DNA of 64,000 bases from Oceanispirochaeta sp. (GTDB lineage: Bacteria > Spirochaetota > Spirochaetia > DSM-2461), in NCBI GenBank assembly GCA_963666275.2, contig CAXXOA010000002.1, positions 2,048,001 through 2,112,000 on the forward strand, in the 5' to 3' direction. Positions within the stretch are counted from its first letter, which is position 1. Each line of letters begins with the position of its first letter. The translations under genes were made by a program, and so were the position numbers. Under the pieces are notes generated by a model. It made no database searches. It was not told the DNA's origin and worked only from the letters and a program-made list of their open reading frames with translations. Positions 18,903-29,086 of the stretch are shown piece after piece.

Positions 18903-20373
18903 AGCTGTCTATATTCTCCTGTATCGTTTCCCGGCAGAGTGTCATGATCCGTTCCATATCCGCCAGTTCTCTTCTGTACCAGTGCTTCAGATCATCCAGA
19001 TCGGTCACCGTGGTTTTTCTTCCTCCGGTTCCGGGAAGAGTTCCCAGGCCGGGAGAAATATTCCGGGGAAGGGACAGGTCTATCAGCAGGGTCTCCCTTT
19101 CCGGAGAGAACAGAGTGCTGTCTTTTTCATCCAGCAGATAGTCAGGACTGGAGGTGGCGGCGATGATAAAATCCGCTTCCATTATATACTCTTTGAATTC
19201 AGAGAGGGATATCATTTCTATGAGATCTTTTTCCGCCCCCTCCCATTCGGGAATTGTATTTCTGTAGGCACAGTAGAGGGGGATTCCCCGGGCCGCCAGA
19301 CGGCGGGCCATACCCCGGGCAATCACTCCGGTTCCCAGAATCATTCCCTTCCGGGGCTGTCCGGCTGTTTTCCGGATGTACTCCCAGGCAACGTCTTCGA
19401 TCTCAAACTCTTTCAGCAGGGGACCTGTCTCCCGCCGGATCAGCTTGGATATTCCCAGAGTTCTGGCGATCCAGTCATTCAGAATGGTCCCGGACCAGCC
19501 TTTTTCATCCGCCAGGGAGGCGGCTTCCTTGATCTGGGCCACAATATGATTCTCTCCGGGAGTCTGGGAATAGAGTCCTGCAAGGAGTTCGCTGCTGTGA
19601 AAAAAGGCCTGTTCTCCCCTGTGGAGATAGTACTCGCCGGTCTTCAGGGTCTCGAATCCCAGAATCCGGCTGATCAGGTCACTGACCGCTTCGTCATTGG
19701 ACACCACAGCCAGCACTTCAATGCGGTTGCATGTATTCAGGATCAGGAATTCATGGACACCCCAGATATGGGAGAGCATCATCCCCGTTTTTTCAAGCTT
19801 TTCTCCGGTCAGATGAAAGGGTTCCCTGCGGGAGATATCCAGCTGGAGATGGCTGGTCCCGATCACGAGGAGTTCCAGCGAGTCGATCATCTCTATGTGT
19901 TTCGCCAGGCTCTGTTTTATCAGTTTGGATCGTCTGCAGGAGGCTCCTCCGGTGGATACCGAGACGGAAAGTTCATCCTTCCGGAATATGGCGGGGGTGG
20001 TGAAATCCCCTTCGGGCCAGTTGCTGTCTATGGGGCAGCAGAGGATGCGCTTCTGCCGGCACTCCTGCAGGATCTCCCTGTTCAGAAGAGAATCGGAGGT
20101 GCCGCAGTACACAAGATCCTTGCCTTCCAGATCGCCGGATCTGAAGGGCCTCTGTTCCCAGTGAAAACAGCCCTTTCTGTAGAGATCCCCCACGCCTTCG
20201 CACATTTCGGGGCTTACAAGGGTCAGTTCGGCTCCCGACTGGATCAGGTTTTCAAGCTTCTTCAGGATACCCGGTCCGGCCCCGACTATAAGGCAGTGCT
20301 TCTCCTCCAGAAGCAGGCTGACGGGAAAGGTTTTTTTGATTAAGGGCCTGTATTTTCTGTTCATTCCTTTCAA
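18862..20373 (-). CDS. sirC-hemA: Fusion: precorrin-2 dehydrogenase (SirC/CysG-N-like) + glutamyl-tRNA reductase
   Basis: aa1-160 PV.L.L...CLIVGAG...DF..PA...VSTGG.S; aa~166-503 TCNRIE catalytic motif, GE..I..Q.K, DLSLPRNI, DLDDL. Confidence 0.88.
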   Translation of the reverse strand: MKGMNRKYRPLIKKTFPVSLLLEEKHCLIVGAGPGILKKLENLIQSGAELTLVSPEMCEGVGDLYRKGCFHWEQRPFRSGDLEGKDLVYCGTSDSLLNREILQECRQKRILCCPIDSNWPEGDFTTPAIFRKDELSVSVSTGGASCRRSKLIKQSLAKHIEMIDSLELLVIGTSHLQLDISRREPFHLTGEKLEKTGMMLSHIWGVHEFLILNTCNRIEVLAVVSNDEAVSDLISRILGFETLKTGEYYLHRGEQAFFHSSELLAGLYSQTPGENHIVAQIKEAASLADEKGWSGTILNDWIARTLGISKLIRRETGPLLKEFEIEDVAWEYIRKTAGQPRKGMILGTGVIARGMARRLAARGIPLYCAYRNTIPEWEGAEKDLIEMISLSEFKEYIMEADFIIAATSSPDYLLDEKDSTLFSPERETLLIDLSLPRNISPGLGTLPGTGGRKTTVTDLDDLKHWYRRELADMERIMTLCRETIQENIDSYERIAESVQSRKP

Positions 20374-21668
20374 AACTCCAGACTTTTCAGGGCTTCATAG
20401 GCGGAGTTCACAGTGTCCCGGATCATCTCTTCTGTATGAGCACAGGATATAAAGGCCGCTTCAAAGGCCGAAGGAGCCAGGTAAATTCCCTTTTCCAGGG
20501 AGGCCCTGAAATAGTCTCCGTACCGGCCGGTGTCGCAGGAACGGGCATCGTCAAAATTCCGGATCTCCTTCTGGTCTGTAAAGAACAGGGTCATCATGGC
20601 TCCCACTCTGTTGATCACAGCGGGGATTCCCAGTTTTGAGCAGCTGCTCTTCAGACCCTCTTCCAGCAGGGCTCCCTTTTTTTCAAGGGATTCATAAAAA
20701 TCCGGTGTGGAATCTATGGTTTCCAGTGTGGCCAGGCCTGCCGTGGTGGCCAGAGGGTTTCCCGAAAGGGTACCGGCCTGATAGACCGGTCCGGAGGGAG
20801 CCATGGTGTCCATAATCTCTTTCCTTCCCCCGTAGGCCGCCAGGGGCATACCGCCGCCGATGATTTTGCCGAAGGTGGAGAGGTCCGGAGTGATCCTGTA
20901 GCGCTCCTGGGCTCCTCCTTTCGCCACCCGGAAGCCTGTCATGACTTCGTCCAGTATCAGAAGGGTCCCTTCCCTGGCTGTTATATCTCTCAGCTGACTC
21001 AGGAATCCCTCTGCCGGGGGAACCACACCCATGTTGCCTGCTACGGGTTCTACAATCACGGCGGCTATGGCGCCTTTGTTGGCATCAAACAGGGCATTCA
21101 CCGAGTCCATATCGTTGTAACGGGCTATAAGGGTATCCGCAGCGGTTCCCTTTGTGACTCCCGGGCTGTTGGGGATTCCCAGAGTGGCGGCGCCGGAACC
21201 GGCGGCAATGAGAAAGCTGTCGGCATGACCGTGGTAGCAGCCCTCGAATTTGATGATTTTGTCCCGCCCTGTGAACCCCCGGGCCAGACGGATGGCGCTC
21301 ATGGTGGCTTCAGTTCCCGAATTGACAAGCCGGGTTTTCTCCATGGAGGGAACCATGGTGCGGATTTTTTCCGCCAGGAGCGTTTCAGTTTTTGTGGGAG
21401 CCCCGAAGCTCAATCCTTTCTGACAGGCTTTCTGGACAGCTGAGACAATCATAGGATGGGCGTGTCCCAGAATCAGCGGCCCCCAGGAACCCACGTAATC
21501 CAGATATCTGTTGCCGTCTATGTCATATATATAGGGGCCTTCTCCCTTTTCGATAAACAGGGGATTTCCTCCAACAGAGGAAAAAGCCCGGACCGGAGAG
21601 TTCACTCCTCCGGGAATGCAGGCATTGGCTTTTTCAAATTCTATCAGGCTCTTATTTATGGATTTCAT
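20370..21668 (-). CDS. hemL: Glutamate-1-semialdehyde 2,1-aminomutase
   Basis: PGGVNSPVRAF, NSGTEA, GCYHGH, DEVMTGFR, FGKIIGGG, GTLSGNPLA. Confidence 0.98.
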   Translation of the reverse strand: MKSINKSLIEFEKANACIPGGVNSPVRAFSSVGGNPLFIEKGEGPYIYDIDGNRYLDYVGSWGPLILGHAHPMIVSAVQKACQKGLSFGAPTKTETLLAEKIRTMVPSMEKTRLVNSGTEATMSAIRLARGFTGRDKIIKFEGCYHGHADSFLIAAGSGAATLGIPNSPGVTKGTAADTLIARYNDMDSVNALFDANKGAIAAVIVEPVAGNMGVVPPAEGFLSQLRDITAREGTLLILDEVMTGFRVAKGGAQERYRITPDLSTFGKIIGGGMPLAAYGGRKEIMDTMAPSGPVYQAGTLSGNPLATTAGLATLETIDSTPDFYESLEKKGALLEEGLKSSCSKLGIPAVINRVGAMMTLFFTDQKEIRNFDDARSCDTGRYGDYFRASLEKGIYLAPSAFEAAFISCAHTEEMIRDTVNSAYEALKSLEF

Positions 21669-21927
21669 GACAGGTTCCTTTATTCCGGTAGATTCTCTTC
21701 CCTCTAGATCTTAATCCGATCAGAGGGGAAAAGATTTTCTTTTCCTGTGATCTTCTTGTAAAAAATTGCGGTTTTATGTCTTTTTCCATCCATCAATCGT
21801 CCATTGAAGGAGCAAGAACATCTCTCGGGGAGGAAAAGGAACTTTCCCTCGTTCCGGGATTCCTTTAGAATGGCATTAATTGACTTCTTTTTCTATCAGT
21901 TGCAGGAGTATTGGGGGAGATAAGATC

Positions 21928-22719
21928 ATGGGCGGAAAAAAGGCATTGCTTGTCATCAGTTTCGGGACTTCTTATGAGGAAACACGGGAAAAGACCATAG
22001 GGGCCTGCGAAAAGGCTCTCTCCCTTTCGTTTCCCGATTATGACCTGAAACGGGCTTTTACCTCCCGATTCATTATCCGTAAACTGGCCCGCCGGGACGG
22101 CCTGGCTGTAGATACTCCTGTTATGGCTGTGGAAAGGCTCCTGCAGGAGCAGTACGACCAGGTGCTCATTCAGCCCCTTACAATCCTGAGCGGCCAGGAA
22201 TACTCCCGGAAAATTCTCCACCCCCTGTTTCCTTTCAGAAAATATTTCCGTTCATTCACTCTGGGGGAACCCCTGATTTATCACGACAGGGATTATGATG
22301 CCCTGCTGGATGCCCTGGAAGGTCAGGTTCCTTCTCTGGAAAGTGATGAAGCGCTGGTCTTTATGGGCCACGGTTCGGACAGTCCGGCCAATGCGGTCTA
22401 CAGCTGTCTGCAGCTGAAAGCCCGGGACAGGGATCTTCCCTGGGAGATCGGCTGCGTCGAAGGCTATCCGGGGCCGGAAATCCTTTTGAACAATCTGAAA
22501 AAACGGAATGTCCGCCGGGTTCATCTGATGCCCCTCATGCTTGTAGCGGGAGACCACGCCCGTAACGATATGGCCGGGGATGATCCCGAGAGCTGGCGGT
22601 CCCTCTTTTCTGCCGCCGGGTATGAGGTGGAGTGTCATCTCAGTGGGCTGGGGGAGAATCCTCAGATCCAGCAGATCTTCTGCCGGAAAGCCCGGGAGGC
22701 TTTCAATCCGCCTTCCTAA
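21928..22719 (+). CDS. cbiK: Sirohydrochlorin cobalto/ferrochelatase CbiK, cytoplasmic
   Basis: SFGTSY, AFTS..I, FMGHG, VEGYP, PLMLVAGDHARNDMAG; no signal peptide. Confidence 0.93.
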   Translation: MGGKKALLVISFGTSYEETREKTIGACEKALSLSFPDYDLKRAFTSRFIIRKLARRDGLAVDTPVMAVERLLQEQYDQVLIQPLTILSGQEYSRKILHPLFPFRKYFRSFTLGEPLIYHDRDYDALLDALEGQVPSLESDEALVFMGHGSDSPANAVYSCLQLKARDRDLPWEIGCVEGYPGPEILLNNLKKRNVRRVHLMPLMLVAGDHARNDMAGDDPESWRSLFSAAGYEVECHLSGLGENPQIQQIFCRKAREAFNPPS

Positions 22720-23693
22720 TCCCGGACTTCCTCCAGGAAATACCGGACCCTCTCTTTTTTATACTCTTTTGTGCTGAACAGGATCAGGGTTTCCTCGGCG
22801 GCGATCTCCTCTGCTATGGCGGCAATGGTTTCCCGGCACTCCTGTTCACTGTGCCCGTGGGTCATGGCCAGCAGAGGGTAGGGCCAGTCGGGATAGGTGG
22901 GCCTGTTGTAGCAGTGGGATACCTGGGAAAACTGAGCGGCCCCATGACCTGCCTGATCCAGACGTTCCGGGGGAAGGCGGAAGCAGGCCAGGCCGTTGGA
23001 GGCAAACCCGGTTTTTCTGTGACGGATCACAGCGGAAATCCGTTTTATAGCCCCCCTCTGCTTCAGCTGCCTGATCCCTTCCATCAGGGACTCTTCCGAT
23101 CTGTCCAGGGTGAGGGCAATTTCCCTCCAGGGATTCTCCACCAGCGGGAAGGGCTTCTGCAGTTCTCTGATCAGAGGGGTATCCAGAGCCCCTCTGACAG
23201 TCTGAACTTCCACCGGGGCAGAAGGAGCATCTTTCTTTGCTGCACTGTGACGGAAGTTGACTCCCAGCTTGTAGGTTTTCAGAGAGGGGAGGAGCCTGTA
23301 GGAGGTATAGTTCTCTTCTTTCAGAAGGTTCAGGATCTCCCTGTGGAAGTCATTTTCTTCGGGTATGGTCAGGGTAAACCAGATATTGAAGGCATGCTCC
23401 CTGTAATAGTTGTGGGACACCCCGGGATGGGCGCTGATCACGGCGGCGGTCCTGTCGGGTTCGGGGGAACTGAGAGCTACCAGGCTGCTCTTGTATCCCA
23501 GGGCCCGGGCGTTATAGATCGCCGAGATCTCCCGGATCAGATTCCGGTCCACCAGGCTCTGCAGGGTTCTCAGGTATTCATCCCTCTCCAGTCCCGCCCT
23601 TTCGGCGATGAGCCGGAAGGGAGCGTGTACAAGGGGAATATCCTGCTGAATAGTGTCCAGAACGACTCTCTCTTTTTCGCTTAAATCGGTCAT
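22716..23693 (-). CDS. ahbAB: Siroheme decarboxylase, fused AhbA-AhbB (Lrp/AsnC-like)
   Basis: Two repeats with VSHNYYR and VSHCYNRP..PDWPY, C-terminal STKEYKK; follows ahbC-ahbD. Confidence 0.88.
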   Translation of the reverse strand: MTDLSEKERVVLDTIQQDIPLVHAPFRLIAERAGLERDEYLRTLQSLVDRNLIREISAIYNARALGYKSSLVALSSPEPDRTAAVISAHPGVSHNYYREHAFNIWFTLTIPEENDFHREILNLLKEENYTSYRLLPSLKTYKLGVNFRHSAAKKDAPSAPVEVQTVRGALDTPLIRELQKPFPLVENPWREIALTLDRSEESLMEGIRQLKQRGAIKRISAVIRHRKTGFASNGLACFRLPPERLDQAGHGAAQFSQVSHCYNRPTYPDWPYPLLAMTHGHSEQECRETIAAIAEEIAAEETLILFSTKEYKKERVRYFLEEVRD

Positions 23694-23719
23694 GATTGTT
23701 TCTGGTCTCCCGCCTTTTT

Positions 23720-24802
23720 CTATCGACCTGAAGAGGGTTCATACAGGCAGTAGGGCTCCTCTTCCATGGGATCTCCTGAGGCCGCAAAAGCCCGGCCCCG
23801 GCAGCCTCCGCAGACCTTCCAGTAGCCGCAGCGGCCGCACTTTCCCCTGTAGTTGTTCCTGTCCCGGATTTTCCCGAACAGAGGGGAGTCCTCCCAGATC
23901 CTCTGAAAGTCTCCCTCCGATTCCCGGATATCCCCGGCCTTCTCCTCCAGAAAACCGCAGATCTGAACCCGTCCCGTATGGGAGATAAAGGCGAAGCCCT
24001 GGCCGCCCAGACAGCCTTTGGTCATGGCGTTGAGGCCATGAGTGGCGGGGGTCACCTTCCTTCCCGCTTCCTCTTCCCTCTGTCGGAAGATCCTGTAGTA
24101 GTGGGGCGCACAGGTGGGTTTTATCTGGATCTCTCCCTCAAGGCTCTGCCTGTAGATCCAGTTCAGGATCTCCTCGTACTCGGCGGCGTCTATAACGAAC
24201 TCCTCCAGATCCTTCCCCCGTCCGGTGGGCACCAGCATAAAAGGATGGAAGCTCACAGCGCCCAGTTCTTTTGCCAGGTTCAGAATCCTGTCCAGACTCC
24301 TGTAATTGAACCGGGTGACTGTTGTATTGATCTGAAACTCCAGGCCTGCTCCCTTCGCCAGTTCACAGGCTTTTAATGCCCCATCGAAGGCCCCGGGAAC
24401 CTGACGGAAACTGTCATGGCTCTCCCTGTCGGGGCCGTCTATGCTGAGAGAGATTCTGCTGATCCCCGCATCGATCATTTTCCGGGTGTTCTCCCGGTTC
24501 ATAAGGTTACCGCAGGGGGCCATGACCATCCGGAGCCCCAGAGAGGTCCCGTAGGAGGCGATCTCATAGATATCCTCCCGGATCATGGGCTCTCCTCCGG
24601 TCAGGATTATAATGGGTTTGCTGAAGGAGGCTATATTTTCAAGCAGCCCGAAGGCTTCCTCAGTGCTGAGCTCTCCCTCATAGGGCCTGTTTGCCGCTTC
24701 CGCCCGGCAGTGGCGGCAGTTGTAATGGCAGCGTCGGGTGGTTTCCCAGGCGATCAGCCGGGGCGGTTTGACACGGCCGGAATATTCAGCAGGATGTGCC
24801 AT
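23720..24802 (-). CDS. ahbD: Radical SAM/SPASM heme b synthase
   Basis: LIAWETTRRCHYNCRHCRA, PTCAPHYYR, GCLGG, KCGRC...CGGCR..A SPASM domain. Confidence 0.88.
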   Translation of the reverse strand: MAHPAEYSGRVKPPRLIAWETTRRCHYNCRHCRAEAANRPYEGELSTEEAFGLLENIASFSKPIIILTGGEPMIREDIYEIASYGTSLGLRMVMAPCGNLMNRENTRKMIDAGISRISLSIDGPDRESHDSFRQVPGAFDGALKACELAKGAGLEFQINTTVTRFNYRSLDRILNLAKELGAVSFHPFMLVPTGRGKDLEEFVIDAAEYEEILNWIYRQSLEGEIQIKPTCAPHYYRIFRQREEEAGRKVTPATHGLNAMTKGCLGGQGFAFISHTGRVQICGFLEEKAGDIRESEGDFQRIWEDSPLFGKIRDRNNYRGKCGRCGYWKVCGGCRGRAFAASGDPMEEEPYCLYEPSSGR

Positions 24803-26003
24803 AATCTTCCGCCTCCTTCCGGTTCAGTCCGATCTCTTCATCGGTCAGATAGCAGGCGGGATCCTCCATCCACAGATCATCATGGACCGCTTCGGCCCGG
24901 ACCCGGAAGTTACCCCCGCAGAGGTCCAGATAGCGGCACCGGGCGCAGCGGCCCTTCACATGGGGCCTCTTGTCTTTCAGTTTAGCCATCAGGGGATCGG
25001 AAGTATCACTCCATATCTCACTGAAGGGCCGCCGGGTTATATTTCCGAAAGAGTGGTGACGCCAGAACTGATCCGCATGGACCTCTCCGTCCCAGCTGAC
25101 GCAGCCGATGCCGTTGCCCGTGCTGTTGCCGCCGTTCATCTTCAGGAGTTCCAGTACATCCTCCGCCCGGGGATGGCCCTCTTTTTTCATTCTCAGATAG
25201 AGGTAGACCCCGTCGGCGTGGTTGTCTACAGTGAGAACTTCCGTTTTCAGGCCTTCTGAATAGAGTTTTTCCGTTTCGTCAATCAGGAGGTCTACGGTGT
25301 CTCTGGTCTCTTCATGGGAAAGGTCCTCGTCCCGGATTTGGCTCCCCCGTCCGGCGTAGACAAGATGGTAAAAGCAGATCCGGGGGATCTGTTCCTGCCG
25401 GATAAGGGAGAAGACTCCCGGGATATCCCGGGTATTGTTTTTATTGATTGTCATCCTCAGGCCCACTTTGATTCCCGCTTCCCGGCAGTTCCGCAGGCCC
25501 TGAAGAGCCTCCTGAAAAGCCCCCTCTTTTCCCCTGAACCGGTCGTGAGTCTCTTCCAGGCCGTCCAGGCTGATCCCCACATAGGAGAGATCCAATTCCT
25601 TCAGCTTCCGGGCGGTTTCGGCTGTTATGAGCGTTCCATTGGTGGACAGAACCGCCCGCATCCCCCTGGCTCTGGCATGAGCGATCAGTTCGAAAAGGTC
25701 CTTCCTCATCAGAGGCTCCCCGCCGGAAAACAGGAGCACCGGAGATCCGAAGGCCGCCAGATCATCGATCAGAGCCAGTCCCTGCTCGGTTGTGAGCTCC
25801 CCCTGGTAGTCCCGGTTCCGGGACTGGGAGTAGCAGTGGCGGCATCTGAGATTGCACCGCCTTGTCACATTCCAGACCACCACGGGTTTCTTGTCCTTTG
25901 AAAACTGGAGAAGGTGGGAGGGGAGCTTTCCCGAATGCCGCCCGTACCGGAGGGGATCCGACGGTTCTACGGTGCCGCAGTAAAGTTTTGAAATGCCTAC
26001 CAT
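24786..26003 (-). CDS. ahbC: Radical SAM Fe-coproporphyrin III synthase (12,18-didecarboxysiroheme deacetylase)
   Basis: MVGISKLYCG..LRYGR N-terminus, VVWNVTRRCNLRCRHCY, LTVDNHADG, ADQFW, CGGNFRVRA. Confidence 0.92.
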   Translation of the reverse strand: MVGISKLYCGTVEPSDPLRYGRHSGKLPSHLLQFSKDKKPVVVWNVTRRCNLRCRHCYSQSRNRDYQGELTTEQGLALIDDLAAFGSPVLLFSGGEPLMRKDLFELIAHARARGMRAVLSTNGTLITAETARKLKELDLSYVGISLDGLEETHDRFRGKEGAFQEALQGLRNCREAGIKVGLRMTINKNNTRDIPGVFSLIRQEQIPRICFYHLVYAGRGSQIRDEDLSHEETRDTVDLLIDETEKLYSEGLKTEVLTVDNHADGVYLYLRMKKEGHPRAEDVLELLKMNGGNSTGNGIGCVSWDGEVHADQFWRHHSFGNITRRPFSEIWSDTSDPLMAKLKDKRPHVKGRCARCRYLDLCGGNFRVRAEAVHDDLWMEDPACYLTDEEIGLNRKEAEDYGTSC

Positions 26004-26203
26004 GAAAAGAGTCCTGTTTTGAAAAAATTGGAACGAAAGGGAAAATTATCCGGTTTCGATGGTCTCAATTATATTAGAAGTCCCTCCTGTTACACTAGGT
26101 TTTTCTTTGAATACTTTTATCAGATACGTTCAAGGTTTGGCAAAGAATCGGAAAATATTCCAAAACAGTCGCTGAATCGTTACAAGAACCGGGCAGGCAA
26201 AGT

Positions 26204-27598
26204 ATGATACAAAACTGTATGAGCCACCCCCGAAAAGCTATGAGTTTCAAATACCGCCAGGAAATCCTGGAAGGGCCGGTCTATTCTCTCCTTCTGAAAA
26301 TGGGCCTTCCCGGTATGATAACTCTCTTTCTGCAGGCCGGATTCAATCTGGTGGACCGGTTATTTGTTTCCCGTCTGGGGGAGGAACTGCTGGGATCGGT
26401 GGGGCTGGCTTTTGTGATCCAGTCCCTTCTGATGGCCCTGGCAGGCGGGCTGGGATCGGGGCTGCGCTCCCATACCTCCAGGGCCGTCGGGGCGGACCGC
26501 CGGGAAGCGGTCCTGGAGGGAGCCCGGCAGATCTCCTATATCGTTATTGTCGCCGGTGTTCTCCTGGCAGTAGCCGGTCCTCCTCTCTCCTGGCTGATCT
26601 ACCGCCTGATGGGAGTGGATCCCTCTCTTATGGCTCCCACCATGGCCTATACCTCCATCATACTGTACGGCGCGGTCTTCAATCTGGCCTCCCTCTCGGG
26701 AAACAGCCTTCTGCGCGGGGTCGGCGAGATGAAAGCCCCCATGAAGTACATGCTTCTAGGGCTCCTTGTGAATGCTCTGGCAGATCCTCTCCTCATATAC
26801 GGCCCGGGACCTTTCCCGGCTCTGGGCATCAAAGGGGCCGCTCTGGCAACCGTTCTGGGCCGGGCCGTGGGGGTGTTCCTCATGGTGAGGCGGCTTATCC
26901 GGGAAGGCGCCTTTTTTGAGAAACCCCTGTATCCTTTCAGACCGGACAGGCAGATCCTGGCCAGCATCATGAGGGTCGGGCTTCCCTCTATGACAACCAG
27001 GTCTCTTAATGCTCTGGGGATGGGGCTTGTCTACTCTCTTGTTGTTCCTTTCGGTATCAGCGCCGCCGCAGCCTACACGGTCAGTATGACCTATCAGCGG
27101 CTTATCCTCATTCCCGTTAACGGTCTGTCCGGCGCGGCTGTCACCATGGTGGGGCAGAACGGAGGAGCCGGTCAGCTGGACAGGACAAAGGAAATCTTCA
27201 GGAAATCCCAGCAGATGATCACCGTGTACATCGGAATCCTCTCTCTGGGGATTGTCTTTCTGGCCCGGCCTCTCTGCGGTCTGCTTCTTGAGGATGTCGA
27301 GTCTGTGCAGCTGGGAGCCAGGATGCTCCGAATGCTGGCTCCGGGATACCTCTTTATGGCTTCCCGGATAGCTACGGTGGGGAGTCTGAACGCCCTGGGG
27401 TATGGAACCCAGGGGCTGATTGTCAGCCTGAGCCAGAAATTTATCCTGACCTTTCCCCTGGCATGGCTGCTCTCCCGTTTCATCGGCCTGGACGGCCTGT
27501 GGATCGGTCTCAGCAGCGGCCATTTTCTCGCCGCCGGAATCGGTGTGTTCATATTTTACTATTCACTGAAAAAATACCCCGTTAAGATAGAACGTTGA
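26204..27598 (+). CDS. MATE family efflux transporter
   Basis: About 12 TM; NLVDRLFV, DPLLI.G...LGIKGAALAT, VGQN.GA; start could be ATG 26240. Confidence 0.9.
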   Translation: MIQNCMSHPRKAMSFKYRQEILEGPVYSLLLKMGLPGMITLFLQAGFNLVDRLFVSRLGEELLGSVGLAFVIQSLLMALAGGLGSGLRSHTSRAVGADRREAVLEGARQISYIVIVAGVLLAVAGPPLSWLIYRLMGVDPSLMAPTMAYTSIILYGAVFNLASLSGNSLLRGVGEMKAPMKYMLLGLLVNALADPLLIYGPGPFPALGIKGAALATVLGRAVGVFLMVRRLIREGAFFEKPLYPFRPDRQILASIMRVGLPSMTTRSLNALGMGLVYSLVVPFGISAAAAYTVSMTYQRLILIPVNGLSGAAVTMVGQNGGAGQLDRTKEIFRKSQQMITVYIGILSLGIVFLARPLCGLLLEDVESVQLGARMLRMLAPGYLFMASRIATVGSLNALGYGTQGLIVSLSQKFILTFPLAWLLSRFIGLDGLWIGLSSGHFLAAGIGVFIFYYSLKKYPVKIER

Positions 27599-27614
27599 AT
27601 AAGGAGTTTTTGTA

Positions 27615-28982
27615 ATGATTTCCATCATAGGAATGGGTCCGGGAGATCCGGCTTATATAACAGACAAGGCAAAGGAGCTTATAGAAAAGGCTCACAGGGT
27701 CTATGCTTTTCCCTTTCATCTGGAACAGATGGCCGTCCCCGAGGAGAAGGCCGAATCCATTGAGGGCTGTCTGAGCGATCTGCCCAAAAGGCTGGACGCC
27801 ATGGATGACACTCTGAATCTGGCGGTACTGGTTTCGGGGGATCCTCTTGTTTTCAGCCTGACCAGACGGATTACCTCCACTCTGGACCCCGGAAAATGGG
27901 AGATCATCCCGGCCGTGGGAAGCGCCCAGATCCTCAGTTCCCGACTGGGACTCCAGAGCCCTCTCCCCGAAGAGATCTCCGTTCACGGCCGCCCCATGGA
28001 CAATATCCTTCCCGGTCTGAACCGTCAGACTCCCATGATTGTCTATACGGACAGCCGGAATACACCTGCTGAAGTGGCCCGGTACATGGCGGAGAAAGAG
28101 GCCTTCCACTGGCGTATGGTCATAGGCAGTGAACTTACAAGAGAAGGGGAGAAGATCATCCATACCACCCCCTCGGAACTTCTGAGGAATAAAACCCTCT
28201 GTGATGGCTCCTATGACTGGGGGCTCAATCTTGTCTATCTCTCTCCTGTAGAAGAAAAAGTCAAGAAAAAAGGCTTTCTCTACGGAATCGGCATAGGCCC
28301 CGGAGACCCCGAACTGATCCCTGTCAAAGCCCTGCGGATCCTGAAGCAGTCCGATGTGATCCTCACCCCCAGCGGCGGAAAGGACAAAGTCTCCATTGCA
28401 AGGCAGATCCTGGAGAGCGCCGCCGGGACGGAGCTTCCCTTTCAGGAACTTGTCTATCCCATGGTGAAGGACAGGGATGTACTGGACAGCCACTGGGAGG
28501 AAGCCGCCCGGGTGTGTGCGGAACTTCTGAAGGAGGGGAAGCAGGTCAGCTTTATCACCCTGGGAGATCCCTCGCTGTACTCCACATTCTCCTACCTCTG
28601 CAACGCCCTGAAGGAGATCCTGCCCGATGCCCGGTGGGAGGTCATTCCCGGCATCAGCAGCATACAGCTGGCAGCGGCCCGGCTGGGACTCCCCCTGGCT
28701 CTGGGGCATGACAGATGCTCCATCCTGCCCACGCCGGATGATCTGGAAGAGCTCAAACCCCTTCTGAAGAGTCATGAGTCCATTATCCTGATGAAGGTGA
28801 GTCACCGGCTGAAGCCCCTGAAGGATTTCCTGGCCCGGGAGGGCCTGAGTGATCAGGCGGCTTTTATCTACAAAGCGGGATTCAAAGAAGAGTACAAGGC
28901 CTACAGCTTCAACGAGCTGGACGACTCCCGGGACGGCTATCTCTCCATCGTGATGATCCGGACCCGGCGTTCCTGGCTGTAG
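27615..28982 (+). CDS. cbiE-cbiL: Fusion of two corrin methyltransferases: CbiE-like (aa1-~215) + CbiL/CobI-like (aa~220-455)
   Basis: Two GxGPGD motifs; VLVSGDP and SVHGR (CbiE-like); FITLGDPSLYSTF, PGISS, ILMK (CbiL-like). Confidence 0.8.
   Translation: MISIIGMGPGDPAYITDKAKELIEKAHRVYAFPFHLEQMAVPEEKAESIEGCLSDLPKRLDAMDDTLNLAVLVSGDPLVFSLTRRITSTLDPGKWEIIPAVGSAQILSSRLGLQSPLPEEISVHGRPMDNILPGLNRQTPMIVYTDSRNTPAEVARYMAEKEAFHWRMVIGSELTREGEKIIHTTPSELLRNKTLCDGSYDWGLNLVYLSPVEEKVKKKGFLYGIGIGPGDPELIPVKALRILKQSDVILTPSGGKDKVSIARQILESAAGTELPFQELVYPMVKDRDVLDSHWEEAARVCAELLKEGKQVSFITLGDPSLYSTFSYLCNALKEILPDARWEVIPGISSIQLAAARLGLPLALGHDRCSILPTPDDLEELKPLLKSHESIILMKVSHRLKPLKDFLAREGLSDQAAFIYKAGFKEEYKAYSFNELDDSRDGYLSIVMIRTRRSWL
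28880..28980 (+). repeat. 101-bp direct repeat copy 1 (3' end of cbiE-cbiL)
   Basis: ATTCAAAGAAGAGTAC...TTCCTGGCTGT, 100/101 identical to 29981-30081. Confidence 0.97.
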
Positions 28983-29086
28983 AAACTGTCTATTTAAAGA
29001 ATTGCCACTTTGAATTACAAAATAGGATAGAAATTGAATCAACCTTCCGTATTTGGCTGTTGTGAGTTATATACGGGAGGTTTATC

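Noticed and set aside
18856..20343. 495-aa plus-strand ORF
   Set aside because: Antisense shadow of sirC-hemA with no recognisable motifs.
27582..29042. 486-aa minus-strand ORF
   Set aside because: Antisense shadow of cbiE-cbiL.
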